The notes under the pieces: generated by a model
Databases searched by the model: none
Seen by the model: the letters and a program-made list of their open reading frames with translations, nothing else
Told to the model about the DNA's origin: nothing
Shown: positions 20,413-30,847 of the stretch, in pieces
Layout of the letters: each line of letters begins with the position of its first letter
How positions within the stretch are numbered: position 1 is the stretch's first letter
Made by a program: the position numbers and the translations under genes
Assembly (NCBI GenBank): GCA_947168155.1
Contig: CAMVKW010000006.1
Coordinates: forward strand, 10,313 to 74,312
Origin: an uncultured Lachnospiraceae bacterium
GTDB lineage: Bacteria; Bacillota; Clostridia; Lachnospirales; Lachnospiraceae
DNA length: 64,000 bases
Direction of reading: 5' to 3'

Positions 20413-21006
20413 ATGGCAGATAGAAAATCAAGCATTGAAAGAAAAACTGCTGAGACTGACATTAAGCTGGCGCTTAACTTAGACGGTACAGGCGTTAGTA
20501 ATGTAGATACTGGCATTGGTTTCTTTGATCACATGCTTAAGAGTTTTGCTAAACATGGTTTCTTTGATATGAACTTAGTTGTTAAGGGGGACCTTGAGGT
20601 TGACTCGCATCACACAATTGAGGATACAGGAATTGTTCTTGGCAAGGCTATAAAAGAGGCTGTTGGTGATAAGGCTGGAATAAAGAGATATGGTTCATTC
20701 GTTATGCCAATGGACGAAACTTTAGTTCTTTGTGCTATTGATCTTTCTGGACGTCCATATCTTAACTTTGATCTGGATTTAACAGTTCCAAAGGTTGGAA
20801 ATTTTGATACAGAAATGGCTAAGGAATTCTTTTATGCTGTTAGTTATGCAGCAGAGATGAATCTCCACATTAAGCAGCTGGATGGTTCTAATAATCATCA
20901 TATTATTGAGGCTGCATTTAAAGCATTTGCTAATGCGCTGGATATTGCAGTTGGTTATGATCCAAGATTGGATGGCGGACTGTTATCAACGAAGGGAGCA
21001 CTTTAA
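20413..21006 (+). CDS. hisB: Imidazoleglycerol-phosphate dehydratase
   Basis: 197 aa with the motifs [16 protein letters not shown] and NNHHIIEA. Confidence 0.97.
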   Translation: MADRKSSIERKTAETDIKLALNLDGTGVSNVDTGIGFFDHMLKSFAKHGFFDMNLVVKGDLEVDSHHTIEDTGIVLGKAIKEAVGDKAGIKRYGSFVMPMDETLVLCAIDLSGRPYLNFDLDLTVPKVGNFDTEMAKEFFYAVSYAAEMNLHIKQLDGSNNHHIIEAAFKAFANALDIAVGYDPRLDGGLLSTKGAL

Positions 21007-21007
21007 T

Positions 21008-21868
21008 ATGTCAGACTTTGTGCTTTTTAATAAATATGATGCGGTATTTGATGATGTTAAACATCTGCTTTACGAAGGTAACAAATATGTTGTTTTCGAT
21101 GTAGAGGGATGTAATGGAAATGCTTCATTCCTTGATCTTTTAAAGTATTCAAAGGAAAGATTTCCTGGTAAGGTATTTGAAAGTGAAGAAGAATTAAATA
21201 AATACCTTGAAAGTGCATCTGAATATGAAACGACTGAGCTAAGCTTCTCTGAATTTAAACTGAATAGTGATGGTCTTATTCCTTGTATAGCTCAGGATTA
21301 TAGAACTGGTGAAGTTCTTATGATGGCTTATATGAATGAGGAGTCTTACAAGAAAACACTTGAGACTGGTCTTATGACTTACTGGACTCGTTCAAGACAG
21401 AGACTTTGGACAAAGGGTGAAGAGTCTGGACATTTTCAGAAGATGATAAGTCTTACCATTGACTGTGATAAGGATACAATCTTAGCTAAGGTAGATCAGA
21501 CTGGTCCGGCCTGTCATACTGGAAATCCAACTTGTTTCTTTACTCCGCTTACATCTGAAACAGATGCAGCTGGTTCAGATAATAAGGATATATATAAAGT
21601 TATTCAGGATGTTTACAGTGTTATAGCTGACAGAAAGATTAATCCTCGAGAAGGAAGCTATACAAATTATTTATTTGATAAGGGTATTGATAAGATACTT
21701 AAGAAGGTTGGAGAGGAAAGTACTGAGATTGTTATCGCAGCAAAGAATCCTGATCCAAAGGAAATCAAATATGAAATAGCAGACTTCCTGTATCACGCTA
21801 TGGTTCTTATGGTAGAACGTGGTGTTACATGGGAAGAGATAGCTGAGGAACTTGCTAATCGCGAATGA
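21008..21868 (+). CDS. hisIE: Bifunctional phosphoribosyl-AMP cyclohydrolase / phosphoribosyl-ATP pyrophosphatase with about 85-aa N-terminal extension
   Basis: The ORF is open from 20882, but ATG 21008 follows the hisB stop. The HisI core ([25 protein letters not shown]) and the HisE part ([18 protein letters not shown]) are both present. Confidence 0.9.
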   Translation: MSDFVLFNKYDAVFDDVKHLLYEGNKYVVFDVEGCNGNASFLDLLKYSKERFPGKVFESEEELNKYLESASEYETTELSFSEFKLNSDGLIPCIAQDYRTGEVLMMAYMNEESYKKTLETGLMTYWTRSRQRLWTKGEESGHFQKMISLTIDCDKDTILAKVDQTGPACHTGNPTCFFTPLTSETDAAGSDNKDIYKVIQDVYSVIADRKINPREGSYTNYLFDKGIDKILKKVGEESTEIVIAAKNPDPKEIKYEIADFLYHAMVLMVERGVTWEEIAEELANRE

Positions 21869-21885
21869 TTAATAACACCTCATCC

Positions 21886-21935
21886 GTCAACTGATAAATC
21901 AGTTGACACCTTCCCCTCAAGGGGAAGGCTTTGTT
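21886..21935 (+). terminator. Tandem hairpins / terminator after hisIE
   Basis: GTCAACTGATAAATCAGTTGAC is followed by CCTTCCCCTCAAGGGGAAGG and then CTTTGTT. Confidence 0.65.
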
Positions 21936-21963
21936 AAGATAAATATAACAGGAGTTGAAAATT

Positions 21964-24618
21964 ATGAGACAGTTTACTTCAAAAGAGCTTAGAAAGACCT
22001 GGGTTGAATTCTATAAGGAGAGAGGACATGTTGATGTTGGTGCCGTATCCCTGGTATCTGACGGTTCAACAGGTGTTATGTTCAATGTAGCTGGTATGCA
22101 GCCACTTATGCCTTATCTTCTTGGCGAGAAGCATCCGCTTGGAACAAGACTTTGCAACGTGCAGGGTTGTGTTCGTACAAATGATATTGATTCAGTTGGT
22201 GATAAGAGCCATGTTACATTCTTCGAGATGATGGGTAGCTGGAGTCTTGGAGATTATTTCAAGGAAGAGAGATGTAAGTGGAGTTTTGAACTTCTTACAG
22301 AGGTTTTTGGTTTTGACAGAGATCATCTGGCATCTACAGTTTTTGCTGGTGATGAGAATGCTCCTCGTGATGAGGAAGGTGCACAGTACCGTATAGCTTC
22401 TGGTTTTAAACCAGAGAATATTTACTATCTTCCAGCATCAGATAACTGGTGGGGACTTGAATATGGTCCATGTGGTCCTGATAGTGAGATGTTCTACATT
22501 GCAGATGTAGATGACTGTGGTCCTGATTGTGGACCTGGATGTGATTGTGGTAAGTATACTGAGCTTGGAAATGATGTTTTCATGCAGTATGAGAAGCACC
22601 ATGATGGAACGCTTACTCCACTTAAACAAAAGAATGTTGATACAGGTTGGGGTCTTGAGAGAATCCTTGCTTTCCTTAATGGTACAAAGGATGTTTATCA
22701 GACAGACCTGTTTACAGATGCTATAAGCTTTATTGAAGCAAAGTCTGGTTTAAAGTATGAGGCAGATGAAAAGCTTACTAAGTCAATGAGAATTCTTGCT
22801 GATCATATGCGTACAAGCGTTATGCTTATTGGTGATGCAGCTAAGCTTCTTCCTTCAAATGTTGGAGCTGGTTATGTTCTTCGTCGTCTTATAAGAAGAG
22901 CTGTTAGACATGGACGTACTCTTGGCCTGAATAAAGAGAACCTCCTGGAGCTGGCTAAGATTTATATTGAAAAGGTTTATGATGACAGCTATCCACTTCT
23001 TACAAAGAATGAGGAATTCATCATTACAGAGCTTGGTAAGGAAATATCAAGATTTGAGAGCACTCTTGAGAATGGTATGAAAGAGTTCAATAAGATCCTT
23101 GACGAGAAGAAGAGTGCCAGTGCTAAAGAAATCGATGGCGAGAGTGCATTTTATCTTTATGATACATTTGGTTTCCCTATTGAACTTACAGTCGAGATGG
23201 CTGCAGAGGAAGGTCTTACAGTAGATGAGGCTGGATTTGACAAGGCTATGGAAGCTGCTAAGCAGAAGGCAAGAGAGAATCAGAACTTCTCACAGAGCCT
23301 TGTTGCAAGTGATGATCTTTTCGCTAGTCTTGCAGATGATATTGAGACTGAATTTACTGGTTATGACAAGACAGAGGATAATTCAAAGATAGTTGCAGTT
23401 GCTGATGAAAGTGCTATGGTTGATGTACTTTCAGAAGGAACAAAGGGAACTATCATTGTTACAAATACACCATTCTATGCAACAATGGGTGGTCAGACAG
23501 CTGATACAGGTATTATTGAGACAGCTGATGGAACATTCAAGGTTGAAGATACAGTTAAGCTTAAGGGTAACAGAGTTGCTCATGTTGGTGTAGTTACAAG
23601 TGGCGCTATTAAGTCTGGAGCTGATGCAACACTTAAGGTTGATGCTGACAGACGTGCTCTTATCTGTAAGAACCATTCAGCTACACACCTTCTTCAGAAG
23701 GCACTTAAGACTGTACTTGGTGACCATGTTGAGCAGGCAGGTTCACTTGTAACTGACGGAAGACTTCGTTTCGACTTCTCTCATAATCAGGCTATGACTC
23801 CTGATGAGATTAGAAAGGTTGAAGAAATAGTTAATAAGGAAATTGGTGAAGACCTTAAGGTTAACACTCAGGTAATGTCACTTGATGAGGCTAAGAAGAC
23901 TGGCGCTATGGCTCTCTTTGGTGAGAAGTATGGCGAGGAAGTTCGTGTTGTAAATATGGGCGACTGGTCAATAGAGCTTTGTGGTGGTACACATGTTCCT
24001 CATACAAGTGTTATCGGTACATTTAAGATTGTTTCTGAGCAGGGTATAGCTGCTGGTGTTAGACGTATAGAGGCGCTTACATCTACAGGTGCTGCAGCAT
24101 ATTATGCAGATGTTGAGGATAGACTTAACGCTGCTGCGAAGGCAGCTAAGACAGAACCTGCTAAGCTGACAGAGAAGATTCAGTCTCTTATGGACGAGAT
24201 CAAGGCTCTTCAGTCTGAGAACCAGAGTCTTAAAGATAAGATGGCTAAGGCAGCTGCTTCTTCAGCAGAAGACGCAGTAGTCGAAGTTGGAGATATAAAG
24301 GTTCTTCCAATGGCTGTACAGGGTGTTGATCCAAATGCACTTAGAAATCTTGGTGATGAGTACAAAGCTAAGCTTGGCAAGTCTGTTGTAATCATGGCTT
24401 CAGATATGGGTGGTAAAGTTAGCCTTGTTGTTATGGCATCCGACGATGCTGTTTCAGCTGGTATTCATGCAGGAAATATAATTAAGACAATTGCTCCTAT
24501 TGTTGGAGGCGGCGGTGGCGGTCGTCCTAACATGGCTCAGGCTGGTGGTAAGGATGCTTCTAAGATTCAGGATGCACTCAGTGCCGGTGTTGAAGAAGTA
24601 AAGAAACAGCTGGGTTAA
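21964..24618 (+). CDS. alaS: Alanine--tRNA ligase
   Basis: 884 aa from ATG 21964 (a TTG at 21955 is also open). Carries a class II core, editing-domain motifs HSATHLL and CGGTHV, and a DHHA1 tail GGGGGGRPNMAQAGG. Confidence 0.97.
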   Translation: MRQFTSKELRKTWVEFYKERGHVDVGAVSLVSDGSTGVMFNVAGMQPLMPYLLGEKHPLGTRLCNVQGCVRTNDIDSVGDKSHVTFFEMMGSWSLGDYFKEERCKWSFELLTEVFGFDRDHLASTVFAGDENAPRDEEGAQYRIASGFKPENIYYLPASDNWWGLEYGPCGPDSEMFYIADVDDCGPDCGPGCDCGKYTELGNDVFMQYEKHHDGTLTPLKQKNVDTGWGLERILAFLNGTKDVYQTDLFTDAISFIEAKSGLKYEADEKLTKSMRILADHMRTSVMLIGDAAKLLPSNVGAGYVLRRLIRRAVRHGRTLGLNKENLLELAKIYIEKVYDDSYPLLTKNEEFIITELGKEISRFESTLENGMKEFNKILDEKKSASAKEIDGESAFYLYDTFGFPIELTVEMAAEEGLTVDEAGFDKAMEAAKQKARENQNFSQSLVASDDLFASLADDIETEFTGYDKTEDNSKIVAVADESAMVDVLSEGTKGTIIVTNTPFYATMGGQTADTGIIETADGTFKVEDTVKLKGNRVAHVGVVTSGAIKSGADATLKVDADRRALICKNHSATHLLQKALKTVLGDHVEQAGSLVTDGRLRFDFSHNQAMTPDEIRKVEEIVNKEIGEDLKVNTQVMSLDEAKKTGAMALFGEKYGEEVRVVNMGDWSIELCGGTHVPHTSVIGTFKIVSEQGIAAGVRRIEALTSTGAAAYYADVEDRLNAAAKAAKTEPAKLTEKIQSLMDEIKALQSENQSLKDKMAKAAASSAEDAVVEVGDIKVLPMAVQGVDPNALRNLGDEYKAKLGKSVVIMASDMGGKVSLVVMASDDAVSAGIHAGNIIKTIAPIVGGGGGGRPNMAQAGGKDASKIQDALSAGVEEVKKQLG

Positions 24619-24647
24619 TGAGCATATTCTCTTGTCAAATTGAGTAC

Positions 24648-24675
24648 TTGACAAGAAACTTAAGTGTGTTATAAT
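24648..24675 (+). promoter_or_regulatory. Sigma-A promoter of rpsU
   Basis: TTGACA (24648-24653), a 16-nt spacer, then an extended -10 TGT-TATAAT (24667-24675). Confidence 0.55.
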
Positions 24676-24740
24676 TGCATTTGCGTGTTTTAGTTTGAAC
24701 ACGTTAGATTTATTCCCTAGACGAAGGGAGGGTAGATAAG

Positions 24741-24917
24741 ATGTCAAGCGTTGTTGTAAAAGAAAATGAGACTCTCGATAGCGCACTTCGCAGATTCAAG
24801 AGAAACTGTCAGAAGGCTGGAATCCAGCAGGAAATCCGTAAAAGAGAGCATTATGAAAAGCCATCAGTAAAGCGTAAGAAGAAATCTGAGGCTGCTAGAA
24901 AGCGTAAGTATAAATAA
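24741..24917 (+). CDS. rpsU: 30S ribosomal protein S21
   Basis: 58-aa ORF below the ORF-track cutoff: [58 protein letters not shown]. The SD GGGAGGG lies upstream. Confidence 0.93.
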   Translation: MSSVVVKENETLDSALRRFKRNCQKAGIQQEIRKREHYEKPSVKRKKKSEAARKRKYK

Positions 24918-24939
24918 GTAATATTTACATTGCATTATT

Positions 24940-24975
24940 CGCCACGTTCAAATTATAATGAACGTGGCGTTTTTA
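24940..24975 (+). terminator. Rho-independent terminator after rpsU
   Basis: CGCCACGTT, a loop, then AACGTGGCG followed by TTTTT. Confidence 0.8.
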
Positions 24976-25026
24976 TTTGTCTTAGCAAGTAAAAGTGCAA
25001 GTTTAATCAAGAAATATGAGGTATAA

Positions 25027-26004
25027 ATGGGACTAGACAGAAGAACTATAAAAGTAGATGAGAGAAGCATTCAGCTTCTTTTTGGACAATTTGATAAAAA
25101 TATCAGAAAGATTGAGAAAGCATTTGATGTAACCTATGTTTATAGAGGGGATGAGCTTATCCTGGAAGGAGATGAACGTATGGTTGCTAAGGCTGAGCAG
25201 GTTGTAAATGACCTTCTTGTAATATCAAAGAAGGGTAAGGATATAACTGATCAGAATGTAGACTATGCCATTAGTATTACTAATAGTGGTGAAGGTGGCA
25301 AAGTGAGTGATCTTGAAAAGGATGATGAACTAATTTGCCATACACTTGCTGGTCGTCCTATAAGACCAAAGACCTTTGGTCAGAAAAAATACTGCGAAGC
25401 TATAGATAACAATATGATCATCTTTGGTAGTGGCCCTGCAGGTACTGGTAAAACTTATCTTGCGATGGCTAAGGCTATTACAGCTTTTAAGAAGGGTGAG
25501 GTTGAAAGGATAATCCTTACAAGACCTGCTATAGAAGCTGGTGAAAAGCTTGGTTTCTTACCTGGTGATCTTCAGAGCAAGATTGATCCTTATTTAAGAC
25601 CGCTTTATGATGCACTTTATGAAATCATGGGTGCTGAGTCCTTCCAGAAAAATATGGAAAAAGGCCTTATTGAAGTAGCACCTCTTGCATATATGAGAGG
25701 ACGTACTCTCGACAATGCATTTATTGTACTGGACGAGGCTCAGAATACAACAGAATCTCAGATGAAGATGTTCCTGACACGTATAGGCTTTGGTTCTAAG
25801 GCCATTATCACAGGTGACCAGTCACAGAAGGACCTGGCACAGGGTACAAAATCAGGACTTGATATAGCTCTCAAGGTTGTGAGAAATATAGATGGCATTG
25901 CCATTTGCAACCTTACAAGTAAGGACGTTGTAAGACATCCGCTGGTACAGAGAATTGTTGAAGCATATGAGAAGTATGATTCACAGAAACCTAAGAAAAA
26001 ATAA
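25027..26004 (+). CDS. phoH: PhoH-like ATPase
   Basis: 325 aa with Walker A GPAGTGKTY and VLDEAQN. It precedes ybeY, as is widely conserved. Confidence 0.92.
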   Translation: MGLDRRTIKVDERSIQLLFGQFDKNIRKIEKAFDVTYVYRGDELILEGDERMVAKAEQVVNDLLVISKKGKDITDQNVDYAISITNSGEGGKVSDLEKDDELICHTLAGRPIRPKTFGQKKYCEAIDNNMIIFGSGPAGTGKTYLAMAKAITAFKKGEVERIILTRPAIEAGEKLGFLPGDLQSKIDPYLRPLYDALYEIMGAESFQKNMEKGLIEVAPLAYMRGRTLDNAFIVLDEAQNTTESQMKMFLTRIGFGSKAIITGDQSQKDLAQGTKSGLDIALKVVRNIDGIAICNLTSKDVVRHPLVQRIVEAYEKYDSQKPKKK

Positions 26005-26039
26005 GCTTTTTAGGGCTTAATATAAAGGTTCATCTATTT

Positions 26040-26068
26040 TTGACACGATATACAATATGTGTTAAAAT
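26040..26068 (+). promoter_or_regulatory. Putative promoter upstream of ybeY
   Basis: TTGACA, a 17-nt spacer, then TGT-TAAAAT. Confidence 0.4.
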
Positions 26069-26090
26069 AGCACCTTAGTGAGGTTTAATT

Positions 26091-26597
26091 ATGAGCATAT
26101 TTATTTCTAATGAATCTGACATTGAATATCCTAAGGAATACGATGATATCATTCGTGATGTGGTGCTTGGTTCTATTGAATTTCTTAAGTGTCCATATGA
26201 ATGTGAAGTCTCAGTTACCTTGGTTGATAATGATGAGATTCATGAGATAAATAAGTCAGAGAGAGGAATTGATAGCCCCACAGATGTATTATCATTTCCT
26301 ATGCTGGATTTCGATAAACCAAATGATCTCTCATATATTGAGAAGTATCCACAGGATTATTTCAATCCAGAAACTGACGAACTACTTTTAGGAGATATCG
26401 TTATTTCTCTTGAGAAGGTTAAGTCCCAGGCTAAAGCTTACGGACATAGTGATAAGAGGGAGATAGCATTCCTAGTTGCTCATAGCTGTCTGCATCTGTT
26501 TGGATATGACCATATAGATGAAAATGACAGAATGGAGATGGAAAAGCTTCAAAACGAAATCTTAGAAAAGAAAGGATACACTAGAGACTATGAGTAA
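26091..26597 (+). CDS. ybeY: rRNA maturation endoribonuclease YbeY
   Basis: 168 aa carrying the zinc motif HSCLHLFGYDH. Confidence 0.93.
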   Translation: MSIFISNESDIEYPKEYDDIIRDVVLGSIEFLKCPYECEVSVTLVDNDEIHEINKSERGIDSPTDVLSFPMLDFDKPNDLSYIEKYPQDYFNPETDELLLGDIVISLEKVKSQAKAYGHSDKREIAFLVAHSCLHLFGYDHIDENDRMEMEKLQNEILEKKGYTRDYE

Positions 26598-27759
26598 AAA
26601 GAAGATTTTATCAGTACTTTTAGCAGCTACATTTGTACTTGGTGCATTTGCTGGATGTGGCAAGAAGGAAGAGGCTACTGAGGATAATGGAGAATCATAT
26701 AGCGTAAATCTTCAGGATGCAGCATTTATAACAGAGGATAGCAACGTTGCCATGATGAAAGACGGAATGGTAATGAGTGATCTTAACGGTAGCTGGGTAA
26801 GCCCTGAGTCAGCCGATAAGAGATATGTAGCTATCATGGTTGTTAATAATAACCTTGGACTTCCACAGTCAGGTATTGAGAATGCACAGGTTGTTTATGA
26901 AATGCTTGAAGAGGGTGGAATATCTCGTCTTCTTTGTCTCTTTGATCAGGATACAATTAAGGATGTTGAGAAGATAGGTCCTGTAAGAAGTACACGTGTT
27001 AACTTCGATAGAAAGGCACTTGAGTATGATGCTGTTCTTGTTCACTGGGGCGGTATCTGGGCTATGATGGAAATGCCACTTATCACAGATCTTGATGATA
27101 TGAACCTTAACACAGAATCAGCTGCATACGGATTCAGAGTTTCAAGACCTGGATACGGTTCAGAGTTTACTGGATATACATCTGGAGAGAAAGTACTTCA
27201 GGGTATTTCTGATAAGGGATTCGATACAAATAAGTGTAAAGAGTACAAGAGCATGTTCAGCTTCAACATGGATGATAAGGAGCCTGAAAGTGGTGAGTCT
27301 TGTACAAAGATCGCTATCAACAGTGATATCGAGTCAAGACCATACTTCGAGTATGATGCTGAGAATAAAGTATATAAGAAGTTCACATATGGCGATGTTC
27401 AGTATGATGAGGCAACAGGAAATCAGCTGACATACAAGAATGTAATTTATGAATTCTGCCCACACTATGTACTTAGTGATGAGGTTGGAAGTAAGTATAT
27501 CGATGATGTAGGCGAAGGCGAAGGTTACTATTGTACAGATGGTAAGCTTATAAAGATTAAGTGGAAGAAAGACGCTAAGAAGACTTTTGCTTATAAGGAA
27601 GAGATCTTCGGTCAGACAGCTACTAGAGATGGTGCTTGTTCAGACTATGGTGTAACTAAGTTCTACACAGAGGATGGTAAGGAACTTAAGCTTAATCCTG
27701 GAAAGACTTACATCACATTATTCCCAGATTCAAGCAAGGATAATGTAAGTTATCAGTAA
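26590..27759 (+). CDS. DUF3048-type lipoprotein (YerB-like)
   Basis: 389 aa with a signal peptide and lipobox (FAGC). The family assignment is from memory of YerB-like proteins. Confidence 0.65.
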   Translation: MSKKKILSVLLAATFVLGAFAGCGKKEEATEDNGESYSVNLQDAAFITEDSNVAMMKDGMVMSDLNGSWVSPESADKRYVAIMVVNNNLGLPQSGIENAQVVYEMLEEGGISRLLCLFDQDTIKDVEKIGPVRSTRVNFDRKALEYDAVLVHWGGIWAMMEMPLITDLDDMNLNTESAAYGFRVSRPGYGSEFTGYTSGEKVLQGISDKGFDTNKCKEYKSMFSFNMDDKEPESGESCTKIAINSDIESRPYFEYDAENKVYKKFTYGDVQYDEATGNQLTYKNVIYEFCPHYVLSDEVGSKYIDDVGEGEGYYCTDGKLIKIKWKKDAKKTFAYKEEIFGQTATRDGACSDYGVTKFYTEDGKELKLNPGKTYITLFPDSSKDNVSYQ

Positions 27760-27775
27760 AAATCAGGTAGGTTAT

Positions 27776-29092
27776 ATGTATAAGAACATATACGACATTT
27801 GTATAATTGGCGCAGGTGCATCAGGACTTGTGGCCGCAATCGAAAGCTCCCGTAGGGGGCTTTCTTGCGTAGTTGTGGATAAAAATAAAAAAGCTGGAAT
27901 GAAGCTTTATGCCACTGGAAATGGAAGATGTAACCTTACAAACGACACCTGGGAGGAAGATACATACTACGAAAATGAATTTGTAGATCGTGTTTTTGAC
28001 TACCTTTACAGAGAGACTGGAATGAGACAAAGAACCTTTATTCTGGACTATTTTAAAGGTCTTGGTGTAAATACGGTAAATAAGGATGGTTATTTCTATC
28101 CATCAAGTATGCAGGCCTCATCTGTTGTATGGGCACTTCTGGATGCTGCAAGAGCGCTAAATATTGAAATAAAGAATAAAACTACATGTATTAGCATTGA
28201 TGCTCTAAATCTCTCAGATATCATTGATGATGTAAATACTATTGATGATTCTATCTTTGATTTAAAGACGATTTATAGAGTTAATACAATTGCGAAAGAT
28301 TCTGAAACTGGTGAAGAAACTGTTTCTGAGATCATTGCTCGTAATATTATTATTGCTACGGGTGGTCAGTCTCAGACAAAGCTTGGAGCTCAGAGTAGTG
28401 AAATGGCTAAGAAGCTTTTCTCAAGTCTCAGGGTTCCTTACGAAGAGTTTCAAAGCGGTCTTTGCCCAGTTAAATGCTACGAGGATCTTTCTGCTTTAGC
28501 TGGAGTCAGAACAAGAGCTAGGCTCAGCGTGGCTGGTCATAGAGAGCTTGGAGAGGTTCAGATAACTGAGGACGGACTTAGCGGAATTGTGACATTTAAT
28601 ATGTCTTATTACATGAAGCCGGGAAGTCCAATATCTATAAATCTTTTACCAAAGACTTCTGAGGATGAATTTGCTGAGCATTTTAATGCTATCAAGAAAG
28701 AATTTCCTAATAAGAGACTGGATTCATTTATAAATGGATATATAAACGATAAGCTGGCAAGCCATATGATATCTAAATTCTACGGAACTCCGGATATCAA
28801 GTTTACTCTGAAGGATGTTACTGAAACAGGTATTAGAGGCCTGTATCAGGAGATTACAGAGTGGAAGCTTACCGTTCTTGAAAAGGGTACATTTGATAGT
28901 TCTCAGGCATCTATTGGTGGAATTCTTACTGATGTAATAAGTCCATCAACTATGCAAATAAGCCCTGATAGAACCCTTGGTGGTGGAATTTATGCTGTTG
29001 GTGAAGCAACAGATGTTATTGGCAAATGTGGTGGGTACAACCTCACCTATGCCTTTATAACTGGCTATATTGCTGGTAACTCAGTAGAGTAG
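27776..29092 (+). CDS. HI0933/BaiN-like NAD(P)/FAD-dependent oxidoreductase
   Basis: 438 aa with the N-terminal dinucleotide fold IIGAGASGLVAA and the motif GNGRCNLTN. Confidence 0.8.
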   Translation: MYKNIYDICIIGAGASGLVAAIESSRRGLSCVVVDKNKKAGMKLYATGNGRCNLTNDTWEEDTYYENEFVDRVFDYLYRETGMRQRTFILDYFKGLGVNTVNKDGYFYPSSMQASSVVWALLDAARALNIEIKNKTTCISIDALNLSDIIDDVNTIDDSIFDLKTIYRVNTIAKDSETGEETVSEIIARNIIIATGGQSQTKLGAQSSEMAKKLFSSLRVPYEEFQSGLCPVKCYEDLSALAGVRTRARLSVAGHRELGEVQITEDGLSGIVTFNMSYYMKPGSPISINLLPKTSEDEFAEHFNAIKKEFPNKRLDSFINGYINDKLASHMISKFYGTPDIKFTLKDVTETGIRGLYQEITEWKLTVLEKGTFDSSQASIGGILTDVISPSTMQISPDRTLGGGIYAVGEATDVIGKCGGYNLTYAFITGYIAGNSVE

Positions 29093-29100
29093 GGTGTTTC

Positions 29101-30801
29101 ATGATTCGAATTAGTAATATTAAAATGAAACCCGGATATTCAGAAGATGATATCCGTGAGGTCATTTTTAAAAACCTGAAAACTAAAAATATAAAATCCT
29201 ATAAGATTTTGAAAGAATCTCTGGATTCAAGACATCATGATAACATCCATTATCAGATGTCCATCGGTGTTTTTGCAGATAATGAGTCTGCAATCGTTAA
29301 TAAAATTAACAATAATAATATTATGTTAACAAAAGAGGACGAATATACATTCCCTCACATCGTAAATACAGAGATCAGAGAATTTTTGGATGAGGCAGAA
29401 GAGTTTCGACCCGTAATAATCGGTTCTGGTCCTGCAGGTTATCATGCTGCTATTAAACTTTGTCTTGCTGGCTTTAAACCTATTGTTTTCGAACGTGGTA
29501 AATCAGTTGAAGACAGAGTTCAGGATGTTAATGAATTCTGGGAAAGTGGAAAGCTTAACTTAAATTCAAATGCACAGTTTGGTGAAGGTGGAGCCGGTAC
29601 ATTTTCAGATGGTAAGCTGAACACGGGAAATAAGGATAAAGGTGGCTATTTCAAAGAGGTTTTAGAAACTTTTGTTAAGTACGGCGCTGATGAAAGTATT
29701 CTTTATAAGGCTAAACCGCATATTGGAACAGATGAGCTCCAAAATATCCTTGTGAATATGCGCCATGAAATTGAGAGACTTGGTGGTGAGGTAAAGTTTG
29801 ATTCAAAGCTTGTTTCTATAGAACATGAAGTTGTTATAGATACATTTGGCTATGAGTCAGAGCTACCGATTTATGAACTGACTATCGAGTCTGGCGGTAA
29901 GATCATTAAGCATAAAACTCATTCAGTAATTTTGGCGGTTGGTCACAGTGCCCGAGATACTATAAAAATGCTTTATGATAAAGACTTTGTAATGGAGTCT
30001 AAGCCGTTTGCGATTGGTATAAGAGTTGAGCATCTGGCTGAAACTATTAATAAAGCTATGTATGGTGAGGATTATAAACAGCGTTACGGTGAGCTTCTCC
30101 CGACGGCTGATTATAAGCTGGTTTATCATACTGACGACAGGAATGTATTTTCATTCTGTATGTGCCCAGGTGGTTATGTGGTTAATGCATCTACCGAGGA
30201 AGATGGTACAGTAATAAATGGGATGAGTTACAGTGGTCGTGCAGGTATTAATTCAAATTCAGCTATTGTTGTAAGCGTAACTCCAGAGGATTATGGATCT
30301 GACGATCCGATGGCTGGTATTGATTATCAAAGAGAACTGGAGAAGAAGGCATTTACCCTTGGTAATGGTGGTGTCCCGGTTCAGTTATATGGTGACTTTA
30401 TTGATGATAAGATAAGCGAAAGCTTTGGTTCTATCGAACCGCAAATTAAGGGTAAATGGACCTTTGCTGATCTAAGGAAAGTTCTGCCGGACGTTGTGAC
30501 AGATGCAATCCTTGAGGCAATGAAGTATTTTGGCACTCGTATTAAAGGGTATGATGATACAGATACTGTTTTCTCGGCTATTGAATCCAGAACCAGTTCG
30601 CCTGTAAGGATTCTTCGAGATGACAATATGATGGCTGAAAACTTCCCTGGCATTATCCCGGCTGGAGAAGGTGCTGGCTATGCAGGTGGTATAACATCTG
30701 CGGCGGCAGATGGCATTAAGGCTGCTGAAGCTTTATCTGAGTATCTTGTTGATGATCTGATTGAATGCTATAAGGCTTACGAAACAAGTAAATATTTATA
30801 A
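29101..30801 (+). CDS. FAD-dependent protein (COG2509-like dehydrogenase)
   Basis: 566 aa with the dinucleotide fold IIGSGPAGYHAA and GGAGTFSDGKL. Confidence 0.75.
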   Translation: MIRISNIKMKPGYSEDDIREVIFKNLKTKNIKSYKILKESLDSRHHDNIHYQMSIGVFADNESAIVNKINNNNIMLTKEDEYTFPHIVNTEIREFLDEAEEFRPVIIGSGPAGYHAAIKLCLAGFKPIVFERGKSVEDRVQDVNEFWESGKLNLNSNAQFGEGGAGTFSDGKLNTGNKDKGGYFKEVLETFVKYGADESILYKAKPHIGTDELQNILVNMRHEIERLGGEVKFDSKLVSIEHEVVIDTFGYESELPIYELTIESGGKIIKHKTHSVILAVGHSARDTIKMLYDKDFVMESKPFAIGIRVEHLAETINKAMYGEDYKQRYGELLPTADYKLVYHTDDRNVFSFCMCPGGYVVNASTEEDGTVINGMSYSGRAGINSNSAIVVSVTPEDYGSDDPMAGIDYQRELEKKAFTLGNGGVPVQLYGDFIDDKISESFGSIEPQIKGKWTFADLRKVLPDVVTDAILEAMKYFGTRIKGYDDTDTVFSAIESRTSSPVRILRDDNMMAENFPGIIPAGEGAGYAGGITSAAADGIKAAEALSEYLVDDLIECYKAYETSKYL

Positions 30802-30847
30802 AACAAAATAATCCAAATTATAATAAAGTAAATAGATAGGAAAAATT

